From a virus (Duplodnaviria; Caudoviricetes): DNA of 64,000 nucleotides. Below the pieces are notes generated by a model that did not search any database, was not told the origin of the DNA, and worked only from the letters and a program-made list of their open reading frames with translations. Shown piece by piece: positions 28,801 through 37,189 of the stretch; within the stretch, counting starts at the first letter, position 1, and the number at the start of each line of letters is the position of its first letter. The stretch covers positions 33,555 to 97,554 of IMG/VR virus record IMGVR_UViG_3300039452_000187; one strand, written 5' to 3'. The position numbers and the translations under genes were made by a program.

Positions 28801-29127
28801 TGGGGCCTCCACCTGGTCTGTCGTGCCGCCCTGCGGCAGCGTCACCAGGCAGATCCGGTGCAAAGAATCGTCATGCGGATCGGTGAGGTAGAGCCAGCCG
28901 CCGCGCGGCACCGCCCCCAGCACGTCCGCCAGGACGGCCGCGTTCTGGACGTTGACGGGATCAGGCGGCGGCAAAGGCTCGGTCAGCTCGTTTGTGTTGT
29001 CCGATTCGGCCGCGTACTTCCCGACTGAGGCTGCCGCCAAGACTTCTTCCAGTTCGGCGTCGGTCACTGCCGTAGCATCCGTCAGACCGCTGAGAAAGGA
29101 CCGAAACTCCTGCACTAGCGCTGTCAC
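22831..29127 (-). CDS. 2098-aa polyvalent head-associated protein: ADP-ribosyltransferase-like domain, C39-like peptidase, wHTH
   Basis: FRAWFGDWE..SKVID..GEP..VVYHGT..GPGFYFT..VYLNIRKP..GYDGI..IAFEPHQIK; QRDHYSCG..GHYLTVIG..QDS. Confidence 0.8.
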   Translation of the reverse strand: MTALVQEFRSFLSGLTDATAVTDAELEEVLAAASVGKYAAESDNTNELTEPLPPPDPVNVQNAAVLADVLGAVPRGGWLYLTDPHDDSLHRICLVTLPQGGTTDQVEAPEIAEHVVVVDDRNDSPGHDLYYHRGGGPFSLSEAEPVKDPEQLRELVLEWDGTYQPEADQYARKKKDAAGQTNFLDPQGGGSAGGEWTPYTGPRGGKGWKSNRTGRVLYRDEMPGGHEHEGEHEDDPGPRPEPGQDAQGKQAPAAAAPETPEAKAARLRKEYQELGTRAPAFRAWFGDWEHDAAHASKVIDPETGEPQQQAPVEHSVVVENLMPKVVYHGTPWDRFDEFLKSKLAKGEKLFYGPGFYFTDAAAIAEDYKQHGSGLVDRAGGKLAVPVERVRRELLPALKQKAAKVAADLQYTVKELRLTQDRVAQRSLQRQAEDLESRQYQLHQLEAMILDSTESNVGVAVAKGEHILNAEFGNQFAGWVERPKGHVFSVYLNIRKPFDIDRGKIATADLPEPARSRFRIKQTRPILLVSDEAVTPTDQHWQQMHAALESLPNVSMNFTWQQMKQMMTAEPQRLWGLYQSHPEFRKALRPYNISFQPDVHEVQRPHASYEEVVRQGGLSKSGLQKHLAAQGYDGITHVGHYGSRRGKKIEGVQQHRVWIAFEPHQIKAVDNAGTFDPSNPKIDLARADQPARYDRTDALTAAAPGSELLPVQDIRQRDHYSCGACASMTTGRYFGVGPERLAEWKQALGTTLAKSTHPYAIIDYLRSLGLQVEARNGMAVDDLADYFGRGWPVITPVQDYGHRRSAGASFNYGHYLTVIGVGLGQVFCQDSSIDNVTNDRDVERTPGRVMIPVERFEQIWHDQDDQGRKFVHFGIAVGPPAQERYDREAADPDSSVQARELARWYADGWNALDDAGLEIPESEFAAAAEELEGTGWYVAWDEERKKWDIKQGEEADQYAAERAPKGGIVGANGRHYKGGQWIPAKEVEKLPASEKAKIDKAKEEQTERRRSRGSIDVAKLHEQLEPHTRHELSELELRRAKASFAGLRSHHGELTVHRLEELIQEHQKFLDGIPPEHPNAEGLREQFGKRLKAYKHMLEWAKEHGITGQIDAATEKTSGADGAEQPAEKPPADANKFKDSKGTTWVKAKAGGETSPVNGEFYKGGRWMPIHGLSVKPDQKPQTKEPQGGEMGKPPSENAKQKQPREPMTPEQIQDEKERQEQQVKWNDINASPLGRLKWFGEHPNYKAMQRSTINMKEWKEFAEAIGEGRLKNLAQQLEKRYLDRIEREVAEERANGKEVPEDGIAWEKGIPRHMAEQDVMTFGARKHLAALPSSFLARQLLQSAMEKAGVNGLHEIAAMLTDAERSSKQAPSNQANQANQPQTAQSALATADPMKAAAETDVLSARDRAILIDPTRDIGQKLEALANADTRHLDKLHAQLGLHTNEWLRSAASNWNRFMTSADPGYRRQGEKGLANVVQRIRETLIPALEKAGHKELAGYYRNGADVVEQALKGKQSQAPAPAPAVEQPSNISGADHSTLAVLSEHGIASVDELADATGKPSAELQRHLEELERSGHVEKVARRYGGPLYRLKENQPATAQQSASEPPETEPAPVPSPPEKTSANSSQEDLTSPVQQTMISAGDATGATPGKPAEGNAMVGTAAMTGAQSDTVAAGHEVALAEALAKRNLQAGTPPADEFRAGFVDALAGKTEESWKERGWSGGKVNRWRRGYEDAKAALAPPAAAAPKPESVKQPDVSQPAVSAVTPTATQQGGPLKRQPGEPALDFLRRFVANPAAVQGWIDMAPTLNDLSAEEREEAERIVGADPAKRDRTYPNTHIFKAAQDRYEAATAEHGRAERAARAKDLLAQAATTNDPERVQKEWRDSIYSLSRPRLERLASDLGIKADDPNRGLSYVLSDVMEKALKPAFTRKVYDAARGKVGKLYDKPKDFGMTKRDLPKNPPADALVWRIKAQQDLGVGGTGGFPPKKKGAVIQVRGKDYTVLAGSDVFELRDPEIGGLGRMQHVLVRPATPEEVITSKIPAAIKALEAQAKPYDDYNVSGYMTNEQRDEAKRWLEKYRQDPEAAYREQHNLSVKE

Positions 29128-29138
29128 ACTCGCACCCC

Positions 29139-32100
29139 TTAACTGTGCCGTGAATAAATGGACAAGAATTTTTGAGCCAGCAACTCCATCTCCGATGCCA
29201 ACCGCTCGTACTGCTTGGCGAGTTCGCTCCGTCTGAACGGTACTTCCTCCCCTTGCTCAACCCGATGTTGCTTCCATTCGCGCCGGTCCCGCTCGGCCGC
29301 CCCAAAGCCGGTCGTCGCCGGCACACGCTTCCTTCGTTCCTCTTCCCGCTGGTGCTCCGTCAACCGGTCGAACGCCTCGCTATACGCCTCATCTTCCGAC
29401 AGCGGTTCTGGGTTGCCGCCGAGCAACAAGTCATACAGCCGGCCGGGTAAATCGTCTTCGTGCCCGTTGAATTCCTCCGGATACTTCGCCGCCACGCTCT
29501 GGGCCACGTCGTCCAGCCCGCGCACCGCGTCCGCATCAATGCCCCGGCTGGCGCGGGCCTTCAAGGTGTCCAGGCTGCCGTACCCCTGGCTCTCCGACAG
29601 CTGCCGCGCATCCTTGAGGAGCCGCGTCCGGTCCTTCTTGAACTCGCGATCGTGGGCCAAAATCTCCGCCGCCAACTGGTGTAGGTGCTCGCCCTTCAGC
29701 CCCGACTTCCTTGCTTTCTTCGCCCAGATGGCCCGTTCATAAGCCCGGCTCTGGGCCAGCTGCTGCCGGTGCGACGGCTCCGGGGACTCGGCTTCCGACT
29801 CCGGCTCATCGAACACTTTGCCGGTATGGGCTACCACCGCCGGCCCGTGCCGTGGCTGGTGGAGGTTGACGTGCCCGGATTGCTGCAATTCGTGCAATGC
29901 CTCGTGCAAGGGCGAGCCCGGCTCGTGCTTGTCGCCGGTCAGGCGCTGCAAGGTGCCCACGTCAGCCTCGCCCGTGTCCAGGTGCTGTAGCAGTTGCTTT
30001 TTCAGGTGATGGTGCTGGGACGGCTTGGACCGTGCGTCGCCCTTCTCCGACAACGCAGCGATTTTCTTCCCGGTGAACTTAGGGTGCCCCTTGGCAATCC
30101 TTCCGTCCTTGCCGATACATACAGGACTGCCGCCGCTGCGCTTGCCGCCGTGGCCCTCGTGGGCACCGATCGTGATCCAGGTACACGAACCGGAACCACT
30201 GGACTTGCTCCGCTCATAACCCTCTGGATCTTCACGCCGCCCAAACCGGTCAAACAGGCCGCGATTGGGGACCGTGTTACCGCCGAAGAAGCCCGGCGCG
30301 GATACCGGGGGCTTAGGCTTGACGGGCACAGCTTCCCCTGGGTCCGGCTGTGCCTGGTCGGTCGGTTGTCGGTCGAACCACTCGGCGAAGCTCAGGCCGT
30401 GTTTCGGACCGCCCAGCGTGCGCGACTCGTTCCATTCCTTCTGCCACGAGGCACGAGGCTTGGTCACCGTGTAGCCGTGCGGAGACTGAATGGTCACAGG
30501 ATCATGCGGACCGGTCAGGTAAGAACCGACGTTCGCCAGCGCCCGTCCGAAGGACTTCACCCGCATCTTTCCACGATTGACCGGATCAATGACGGTCAGC
30601 CCTTCATCCGGCGCCAGAGATACCTGGCCGTCCTTGCCCACCTTCAGCCGGGCCAACTCGTCGGGGTGAACCCGGGCGCCGTTGGCCAGGGTGACGTAAT
30701 GCCGAATGGGCCGGCCGGTGGCGTCACTCAAGATAAAGGCATCCGGCGTGTACTCGTGGCCGTAAATGGGGTCGCCGTGGACGGTCTGCCCTTTCTCGAC
30801 CCTGGGAACTTTCACGTCGCGGTAGCGGTCACTCACCGAGAGCTTGCCCTGGCGTTGCAGCTGCAAGGCGGCCCGGAGATCGTCGCCGCGCACTTCGGTC
30901 TTGCCGGTGAGCGGTTGGCCAGCGTCCGGCGATGGAGCCTCGTTGAAGAGAGATGGTCGCTCGGTGGCTGGGGCTGCAGCCGGGGAAGCAACCGGAGTTG
31001 ATGCCGGCGCCTGAACATGCTGTGTCTGATCGGCCGGACCCACGGACCCCAGAGCCTTCCCAGACGCCACCGGCAGCAACTCCGGGCGCGGGTGATCCTC
31101 CGGCATCCTGGGCCAACCACTGAAGCGGTAGCGCTGCACCTGGTTGGCGTGCAGCAGCACCGCCCGAAACGCCTCCGGGGTCAGGCCAGTCTGCGGTGCG
31201 ATCTCGGCATAGAGATCGGCCAGCGGGATATTCGCACCCTTGGCCTGGAAGTGCCGGACCACGGCCGCATCGATGGCAGCCAAGGACCGGTTGAGCGTGT
31301 CAGTACCGGGCAGGTGGGCCAAGTCGCCGCGCGGGTCGGGGGTGCCGGTTTCCCGACCGTGAGCGATCGCCCGCAGCAGTTCGTTGGCTTGCCGGTTATG
31401 GTCGGCCGGATCAGTAGTTGCAGCCGTTGCTGGTTCGCCGCCCGCCAGCAGTTCCTGAACCTCCGCATCCGTTTTGCCGCGTGCCTCTTCCTTGTGAGTC
31501 AAACCGGCCAGCATGCGCCGCTGGGCCGGACTCATGGCGGCCACTTCGTCCGGACGGTAGCCGTGAGTCGCCGCCTTTGCTTTTGGTGGCGCCCACACCT
31601 TGCCCCCGCGTGGTCCCGTCCGCACCAGCGTCCAATCCGGGCTCGGCGGCGTCGGCCCGTGGTACTCGGCGGCGAACCGCTCCGGGACGTTGGCAGTTGG
31701 CGTCATGGTCCGTAAGGGCTGCGACGCGATCGCCCGTGAGGCGGCCGGCCGTCGCATGTCACCCTGGTAGAGGATCCACGCCTCCGTCGCTTCCTGGCGC
31801 TGCTCCGGCGTGCGGGCAGCGCCTAAGAAGTGTTTCTCAAGGATTTGCAACTGTTGCTCAGCTTTCCCGTCGCTCATCGCCTCCGAAGGGACATCGCTAT
31901 AGAACGCATGTTCAATCATGTGGAGATCAAGACCGGCATTGCGTTTGATCTCAGGGTAGGCGTCCTCGCCGCTACGCCAAAGGGTATGCGTGGCGTCGTT
32001 GATGTCGTCTTTCAGGTAGTCCAACACCTGCGCGGCAAAGATCCGTGCCCGGTTCTTGAGGCCCTCAAACTTCTCGACAGGCTTGCCGGTCAGTTGGGCC

Positions 32101-34904
32101 AACTCTGCCGCCGCGGCGGTCGCCGCCTGGAGGCAGGCGCCCTTGAACTCCGTGCTCAAGCCGCGCCAGACCTCCCGCAGTTGCTGCTGCTTTTGCCGCG
32201 GCTTCAGGTCGGACGTCAACAGGCCAATAATCTGCTCATTGGCCGCAGCGATCTGGCCCAGCGCGGGGTGAGTTTCAGCCGCATGTTTGTGCTCGTGTAC
32301 CCACTGCAAATCTCCCGTGGGCGGTCGGTGGTAGCCCGGCTCCGGCTCGTCGGCGCCCGCATGGTCATGCTCACCTGGCATCGTGTCGCGGTACACCTTG
32401 CGACCGGTGCGACTGCTCACCCAATAGCTGGCGCCGCGCGGCCCCGTCTGTCGCGTCCACTCATTCCCGCCTTCTCCAGCTGCAAACCGTGCCGGCCGCT
32501 CCCGCCGCTGCTGCCTTCCCTTTCCATCCACCGGCGGCATCGTCTCCACCCCCGGCAGCACAAACAACCGCCCTCCATCAATGGGTTCCTGGGCAATCCC
32601 CAGCACCCCGTGCATGTCCAGCCCTTCCACCCGCCCGCGCCACTCCACCGCCATCGGCCACTTGGCCCCAATCAACCCGGGCACTTTCTGTGTGGCCTTC
32701 TCTCCGAGATAGACCGTCAGGAAATTCTCGGCCGCATCCCCGTAGCCGCCCAGGCCCCACGATTCCACCCGGTCCGACTGGCTAATCCCGATGAGCCGCA
32801 TCTTCGAGTGCCGGCCGCGCTGGGCCAATCGCCGGATGAGCAGCCCGGCTTCGTTGGGCAGTTCGGCTACCGTGTCCGGGACCTCATCCCAAATAATCGT
32901 GACCGGCTCGAAGTCCGCGTGCCCTTCTTGCAGCGCGACCCCGCGCCGCTTCATCTCCCCCAGCAAGGCCGCGAGGGCCTGCTGGATCGGCTCGTAGTCG
33001 CCATCGGGGGCCACGGTCACCGTCGGCAAGCCGCCCCAATTGCCCGGCTCCCAGAGCGGGTCGATGACAACGAGGTGGTCGTTGGAGACCGTGGCCAGCG
33101 CCTGCGCGAGGACAGTTTTCCCCGATTTGGTCGGCCCTATGATTCTCAGGTGCGGGGCGGCCGTCAGGAGCAGCTGCAACCACTGCCGGGGCTCGGTCGG
33201 CGTGCCGGCCGCGTAACGCTCGGGTGCCTCGTCGCGGGACAGCTTCGCGGAGCCATCGGCCACGGTATGCGGCATGGGTGCGACACCGTTGGAATGCGCC
33301 GCTCCGTTGGGCGATTGCCCTGGCGGCTGCGCCTTCGGTGAACCGTTGGGTTGGCCGCCGCCCAGCATCCCGAGCAGCCCACCCATACCCCCACCGCCCG
33401 GTGCCCCGCCGCCTCCCCCTGGTTGCTGGGGCTGCTGCTGAGTCTGGGGATTCCTGAGCACATCATCCCCTTGTTGCGGCTTGCTCAACCCGGCAAACCC
33501 GAGCACTTCCTCCGTCTTGACCGGTGCCCCCATGCTGTACGCCTTGCTCGCCGCCTCCAATTGGTCCTTCGCGTTCGGCTTGTCGACCTCAAAGACCCAC
33601 TTGTGCCGATACTCTTCCCCCGGCCGGTTCCAGCGCTGGAGCACCGGCACCAGGTCCGTGGTCAGCGTGTCACCGAGGTTCTGGGCGTCATATTTCGTCA
33701 GTCGGTATTTGGTATCCGCCATGAACTCCGTGTCATGGGTCCCGAGCCCCGAGCTTTCCGAGCGACTACTGCCCGTCTGCCCGACGATATACCGCTCAAT
33801 GATCCCCTCGACATGCTCCTGCAGCTTCACCAGTGTTTCGGACCCTGACATGCTCATTTCGAGCTTATCCACCCCCGCCCCTTGCTTCTCGGAGCCGATG
33901 GGGCGCGGCCACACAATAACCGTGTTGTTCGACATTTCATTCGCGGCCTTGATCGCCGCGTTCTCGCTCTGCGGATTGCCGGCCTCGTAGTAGAAAATCA
34001 GGACCCCCTGGCCGACTTTTTGAATGAAGTCGCAGACGTTGCCGAGCCATTCTTTCCGCAACCAGTCCAGCCAGTAGATGCGGTGCCGCACCCCCACCCC
34101 CTGGACGCCGCCGGCCATTTCCCCCTCGAAGTAGTCCGCGTCGTCCATCTCGTGCTGATGGATCAGAAAGCGCTCACGCCAGTACGGGTCGCGGAGAACG
34201 AGGGCGGTGCCGCGATCGGTGAGAATGGACGTGGCCTTGGGCACGCCGCGAATCCAGGCCGGGTTGACCAGGATAAGCGGGGTGCCGTCCTCGATGTACT
34301 CCTTCTCACCGGGCAGGCGGAAGCGGTATTGGATCTTGTCGCCGTTAATCGGATAAAAGCCGTTGGCCGACAGCTGCCGCCGCCCCAGCCGTTGCTGCCA
34401 CACGTAGGATAGGCCGACCGCGTAGCGCCCATACCAAATCGCGTCCAGCAAACACATGAGCAGCTTCTGAAAATGGCTGACGCGCTTGATGAGGGCCGTG
34501 AGCGCCGCCGCCGAGTCCTTCTGTCGCTGGTCTTTCGCATCCTCCGGTTCCAGGTGCCAGCCGAGCTGGGCCGTCGCCAGTCGCCGCTCTTGGAGCAGCC
34601 CCATGAGGAACGCATCACGCCGCATGCCCAGAGCGTCTTCCCGCGACGTCCGCATCGCCTCGTCCCAGCGCCAGCTGTAGACGCGCATCGCCGAGCCGAA
34701 AATGCCGGTGTAGGTGAGCACATGGGGCAGGGGGAAGACTCGTTCGCCGGGGTCCGGGTGGCGGCCCGTGCCGTTGCTGCCGTTGGCCGCACCGAGCCGG
34801 TCGTTCAAGCTAATCGGCTCGCCGTCGGGGCCATAGAGAACGGGCTGGCCGGCGCGGTCGCGGTGGAGAGGGGGCAGGTCGGGCCGGTAGGGGTTCGTCG
34901 GCAT
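29139..34904 (-). CDS. Portal protein (Mu gp29/DUF935-like) fused to an FtsK/HerA-like P-loop ATPase and further domains (~1920 aa)
   Basis: LLDAIWYGRYA, IVGQT..SGLGT..H portal motifs; GPTKSGKT, LVVIDP, EMKRR, IIWDE, RGRHSKMRLIGISQ. Confidence 0.8.
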   Translation of the reverse strand: MPTNPYRPDLPPLHRDRAGQPVLYGPDGEPISLNDRLGAANGSNGTGRHPDPGERVFPLPHVLTYTGIFGSAMRVYSWRWDEAMRTSREDALGMRRDAFLMGLLQERRLATAQLGWHLEPEDAKDQRQKDSAAALTALIKRVSHFQKLLMCLLDAIWYGRYAVGLSYVWQQRLGRRQLSANGFYPINGDKIQYRFRLPGEKEYIEDGTPLILVNPAWIRGVPKATSILTDRGTALVLRDPYWRERFLIHQHEMDDADYFEGEMAGGVQGVGVRHRIYWLDWLRKEWLGNVCDFIQKVGQGVLIFYYEAGNPQSENAAIKAANEMSNNTVIVWPRPIGSEKQGAGVDKLEMSMSGSETLVKLQEHVEGIIERYIVGQTGSSRSESSGLGTHDTEFMADTKYRLTKYDAQNLGDTLTTDLVPVLQRWNRPGEEYRHKWVFEVDKPNAKDQLEAASKAYSMGAPVKTEEVLGFAGLSKPQQGDDVLRNPQTQQQPQQPGGGGGAPGGGGMGGLLGMLGGGQPNGSPKAQPPGQSPNGAAHSNGVAPMPHTVADGSAKLSRDEAPERYAAGTPTEPRQWLQLLLTAAPHLRIIGPTKSGKTVLAQALATVSNDHLVVIDPLWEPGNWGGLPTVTVAPDGDYEPIQQALAALLGEMKRRGVALQEGHADFEPVTIIWDEVPDTVAELPNEAGLLIRRLAQRGRHSKMRLIGISQSDRVESWGLGGYGDAAENFLTVYLGEKATQKVPGLIGAKWPMAVEWRGRVEGLDMHGVLGIAQEPIDGGRLFVLPGVETMPPVDGKGRQQRRERPARFAAGEGGNEWTRQTGPRGASYWVSSRTGRKVYRDTMPGEHDHAGADEPEPGYHRPPTGDLQWVHEHKHAAETHPALGQIAAANEQIIGLLTSDLKPRQKQQQLREVWRGLSTEFKGACLQAATAAAAELAQLTGKPVEKFEGLKNRARIFAAQVLDYLKDDINDATHTLWRSGEDAYPEIKRNAGLDLHMIEHAFYSDVPSEAMSDGKAEQQLQILEKHFLGAARTPEQRQEATEAWILYQGDMRRPAASRAIASQPLRTMTPTANVPERFAAEYHGPTPPSPDWTLVRTGPRGGKVWAPPKAKAATHGYRPDEVAAMSPAQRRMLAGLTHKEEARGKTDAEVQELLAGGEPATAATTDPADHNRQANELLRAIAHGRETGTPDPRGDLAHLPGTDTLNRSLAAIDAAVVRHFQAKGANIPLADLYAEIAPQTGLTPEAFRAVLLHANQVQRYRFSGWPRMPEDHPRPELLPVASGKALGSVGPADQTQHVQAPASTPVASPAAAPATERPSLFNEAPSPDAGQPLTGKTEVRGDDLRAALQLQRQGKLSVSDRYRDVKVPRVEKGQTVHGDPIYGHEYTPDAFILSDATGRPIRHYVTLANGARVHPDELARLKVGKDGQVSLAPDEGLTVIDPVNRGKMRVKSFGRALANVGSYLTGPHDPVTIQSPHGYTVTKPRASWQKEWNESRTLGGPKHGLSFAEWFDRQPTDQAQPDPGEAVPVKPKPPVSAPGFFGGNTVPNRGLFDRFGRREDPEGYERSKSSGSGSCTWITIGAHEGHGGKRSGGSPVCIGKDGRIAKGHPKFTGKKIAALSEKGDARSKPSQHHHLKKQLLQHLDTGEADVGTLQRLTGDKHEPGSPLHEALHELQQSGHVNLHQPRHGPAVVAHTGKVFDEPESEAESPEPSHRQQLAQSRAYERAIWAKKARKSGLKGEHLHQLAAEILAHDREFKKDRTRLLKDARQLSESQGYGSLDTLKARASRGIDADAVRGLDDVAQSVAAKYPEEFNGHEDDLPGRLYDLLLGGNPEPLSEDEAYSEAFDRLTEHQREEERRKRVPATTGFGAAERDRREWKQHRVEQGEEVPFRRSELAKQYERLASEMELLAQKFLSIYSRHS

Positions 34905-35040
34905 AGCAGGCCGTTCCAATAAAGGATCAGCCGCATGCCAGACCAAGCGGGAAGAGTGCGCGGCCGTGCCGGTGATGAGCCGGCAGCCGGGAAGTCAGGA
35001 TGCTTGGATTCTATCCGAGAAAGGGAAAGGTTGCGAAAGC

Positions 35041-35076
35041 GAAAAGGGCCGGCGCCGAGGAAAGGTGGCGCCGGCC
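35041..35076 (-). terminator. Intrinsic terminator upstream of the portal gene
   Basis: GGCCGGCGCC 10-bp stem followed by CTTTTC on the minus strand. Confidence 0.6.
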
Positions 35077-35109
35077 GCGACATGAAGCGGTACATCTCAC
35101 GAGGCTATT

Positions 35110-35586
35110 CTACCCCATCGCGGTGCGGAGTGCATGAGCAATGGCCCGCGCCATCACGGCTTTTTCCAGATCCTCCGGTTCGCCGCTGTCCTGGCAATCG
35201 GCCGCAAACGCTTCGATCAGATCGAGACAGGCTTGCCGGTAGAGCGTGGCAAAGGCGAGCAACCCGTTGACGGTTTCCTTGGTCAGTTGCTCGAGCTCCG
35301 CACCATCCTTGAGCCGTTGGAGTAGGTCCGTCGCCAGGTCGCGCGACCAATCCTCCAAAATGCGGCGCGGATGGTAGCAGCGATCCGACTCACCGCCAAG
35401 CTCGCGGAGCCAGCCGTTGAGGGCCTTGACGAAGCGGAGTTGTTCGCGGCGCCACTGCTGCAGTTGGGCCAGTTCCGCTTTGGTGTCGGCCAGTTCTCGG
35501 TTCAGGGCCGTGATGGCGCAGTCCTGGTCGTTGAGTTGGTCCAATGCCCACGGCGGGGCCGGCGGTCGATCGTGTTTGCTGCTCAT
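35110..35586 (-). CDS. Coiled-coil hypothetical protein
   Basis: 158 aa in a tightly packed operon. Confidence 0.6.
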   Translation of the reverse strand: MSSKHDRPPAPPWALDQLNDQDCAITALNRELADTKAELAQLQQWRREQLRFVKALNGWLRELGGESDRCYHPRRILEDWSRDLATDLLQRLKDGAELEQLTKETVNGLLAFATLYRQACLDLIEAFAADCQDSGEPEDLEKAVMARAIAHALRTAMG

Positions 35587-35595
35587 GGTGCCAGT

Positions 35596-35952
35596 TTACC
35601 CCGGGAACGCTTTGGCGGCCGTCGTCATTTGTTCCAGGGCCAGAATGAATTCCAGGTACGCCTTGCCGATGGTTTCCAGTCGTTGGGCGGCGGCGCGGAG
35701 GCACTTCAGACAGGTGACGTGTGGCACGATGGTCGTCAGCTGCTGGTTGGTTGCGTCGGCGCCGCACAAGGCCGCATGGGTATCACCGGGCATCCAGTGC
35801 CAAACGTCCTGGGCCATTTGCTGGCGATAATGCCGGACCTCGCTGACCAAACGCAGCAAAAGTGTTCGCGCCGCCCGGTGAACGCTCAGATCGGCACGGC
35901 CGCAATAGTCGGCCTGGGCGAGTTCATCAGCAGTAAGTAAAGGTTCAGTCAT
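35596..35952 (-). CDS. Hypothetical protein with H-x-ALCG...CxxC zinc motif
   Basis: ATGA overlap with the upstream gene. Confidence 0.55.
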   Translation of the reverse strand: MTEPLLTADELAQADYCGRADLSVHRAARTLLLRLVSEVRHYRQQMAQDVWHWMPGDTHAALCGADATNQQLTTIVPHVTCLKCLRAAAQRLETIGKAYLEFILALEQMTTAAKAFPG

Positions 35953-36344
35953 TGGGTCAACTCGTGCAGGGTTCCGGGTCCGGCAAACCAGTAGATCGTC
36001 AGACAGTCCGGGCACTGACCGGCCCAAACGTGGAACAACTCGAGCCGGTGCCCGTCGAGCCGGCGCCAAAACTTGTGGCGCTCGAGCATCACGTGGGTTT
36101 CCCGCAGCACCGAGTCCAAGCCGAGAAAAACGGCCGGCGGCGGCCACAAAGATCCGCAAGGAATATCAATGCCAGGATCGCACCGGGGACAGACAACCAC
36201 GTGCCGAGCCAGGTCCGGCGCCGGCGGCTCACTGAAACTGGCCAGCCGGAGCCACGGCACTTCGTTGCGGATCTTGAAGTCCCAGCACGGTGCCAGGTGG
36301 ATGTACTGCGGCGGCGCCTGCTCGTAAGTGTCAACGGCGGCCAT
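35949..36344 (-). CDS. Hypothetical zinc-binding protein
   Basis: CPRC...CPDC. Confidence 0.55.
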   Translation of the reverse strand: MAAVDTYEQAPPQYIHLAPCWDFKIRNEVPWLRLASFSEPPAPDLARHVVVCPRCDPGIDIPCGSLWPPPAVFLGLDSVLRETHVMLERHKFWRRLDGHRLELFHVWAGQCPDCLTIYWFAGPGTLHELTQ

Positions 36345-36435
36345 GCGCGGCTCACTTGCGGCCCTTGCTGGCGTAGAACGGGTTCTCAGCGTTAACCTGT
36401 CCCATTACCTCACCCGTCCGAAAGAGAAATCTTGC

Positions 36436-37125
36436 TCACACCGCCGCGTCCGCGCCCTCGTCCTCCGCGAGGTCCTCCGGCGAGATGGCCTCTGTGGTTG
36501 GTGGCATCCCTGGCTCGGTGCTGGTCAGCGTGTCCGTTGCCGGTCCGGCTTCAGGTTGCTGCTCCGGCGCCACCGCCACCGCTGCCTTTGGCGCCGATTC
36601 CTTCTTCACCTTGGCCTTGGCCGGTGACGCCGCCGCCGGTTCCTGCTTCCCCACGATCCCCGGCTGGTCCATCGCCGGATCGTAGTACGCTCCCACTGCC
36701 TGAAAGTACACCTGATACTTCCGGCCCCCGCGCTTTCCCTGCCCCTCACTGAGCGGCGTCACAAAGACAATCTGTGTCTCCACCGGACAATCGGTATTGC
36801 TACGGCGCAGCTGCCGCACCAGGCACCGCTCCCCGAACCACAATTCCAGGTCCTCATCATCAGACCGCAACTGGTCCTGCAATTTCTCAGCGGCCACCCG
36901 GTCCTCGCATGTGACCGTCGCCGCCAGGGCCAGCGTGTACTTGGTGTACTGGTACTCGCCCCGGAAGTACCACGGCAGCAAGGTGAAGGCATGCAGCGCT
37001 ATGTTCTCGGTGAGTTCGGCGCCGTGGTAGCGGAAGCGGCGCCCAAGATCTAAAACCGGAGTCGCAGTCTTATCTGGGCTGCTATCACGCTGCTTGTCTT
37101 TCTTTGCCGCCGCTGCACTGGACAT
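36436..37125 (-). CDS. Hypothetical protein
   Basis: 229 aa; GAGG RBS. Confidence 0.6.
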   Translation of the reverse strand: MSSAAAAKKDKQRDSSPDKTATPVLDLGRRFRYHGAELTENIALHAFTLLPWYFRGEYQYTKYTLALAATVTCEDRVAAEKLQDQLRSDDEDLELWFGERCLVRQLRRSNTDCPVETQIVFVTPLSEGQGKRGGRKYQVYFQAVGAYYDPAMDQPGIVGKQEPAAASPAKAKVKKESAPKAAVAVAPEQQPEAGPATDTLTSTEPGMPPTTEAISPEDLAEDEGADAAV

Positions 37126-37189
37126 ACCCTCAACCCCTTCTTTGCTCGAAACTTGCTCGATCGCTACTCAATCCGTGCTCAATCCACGA

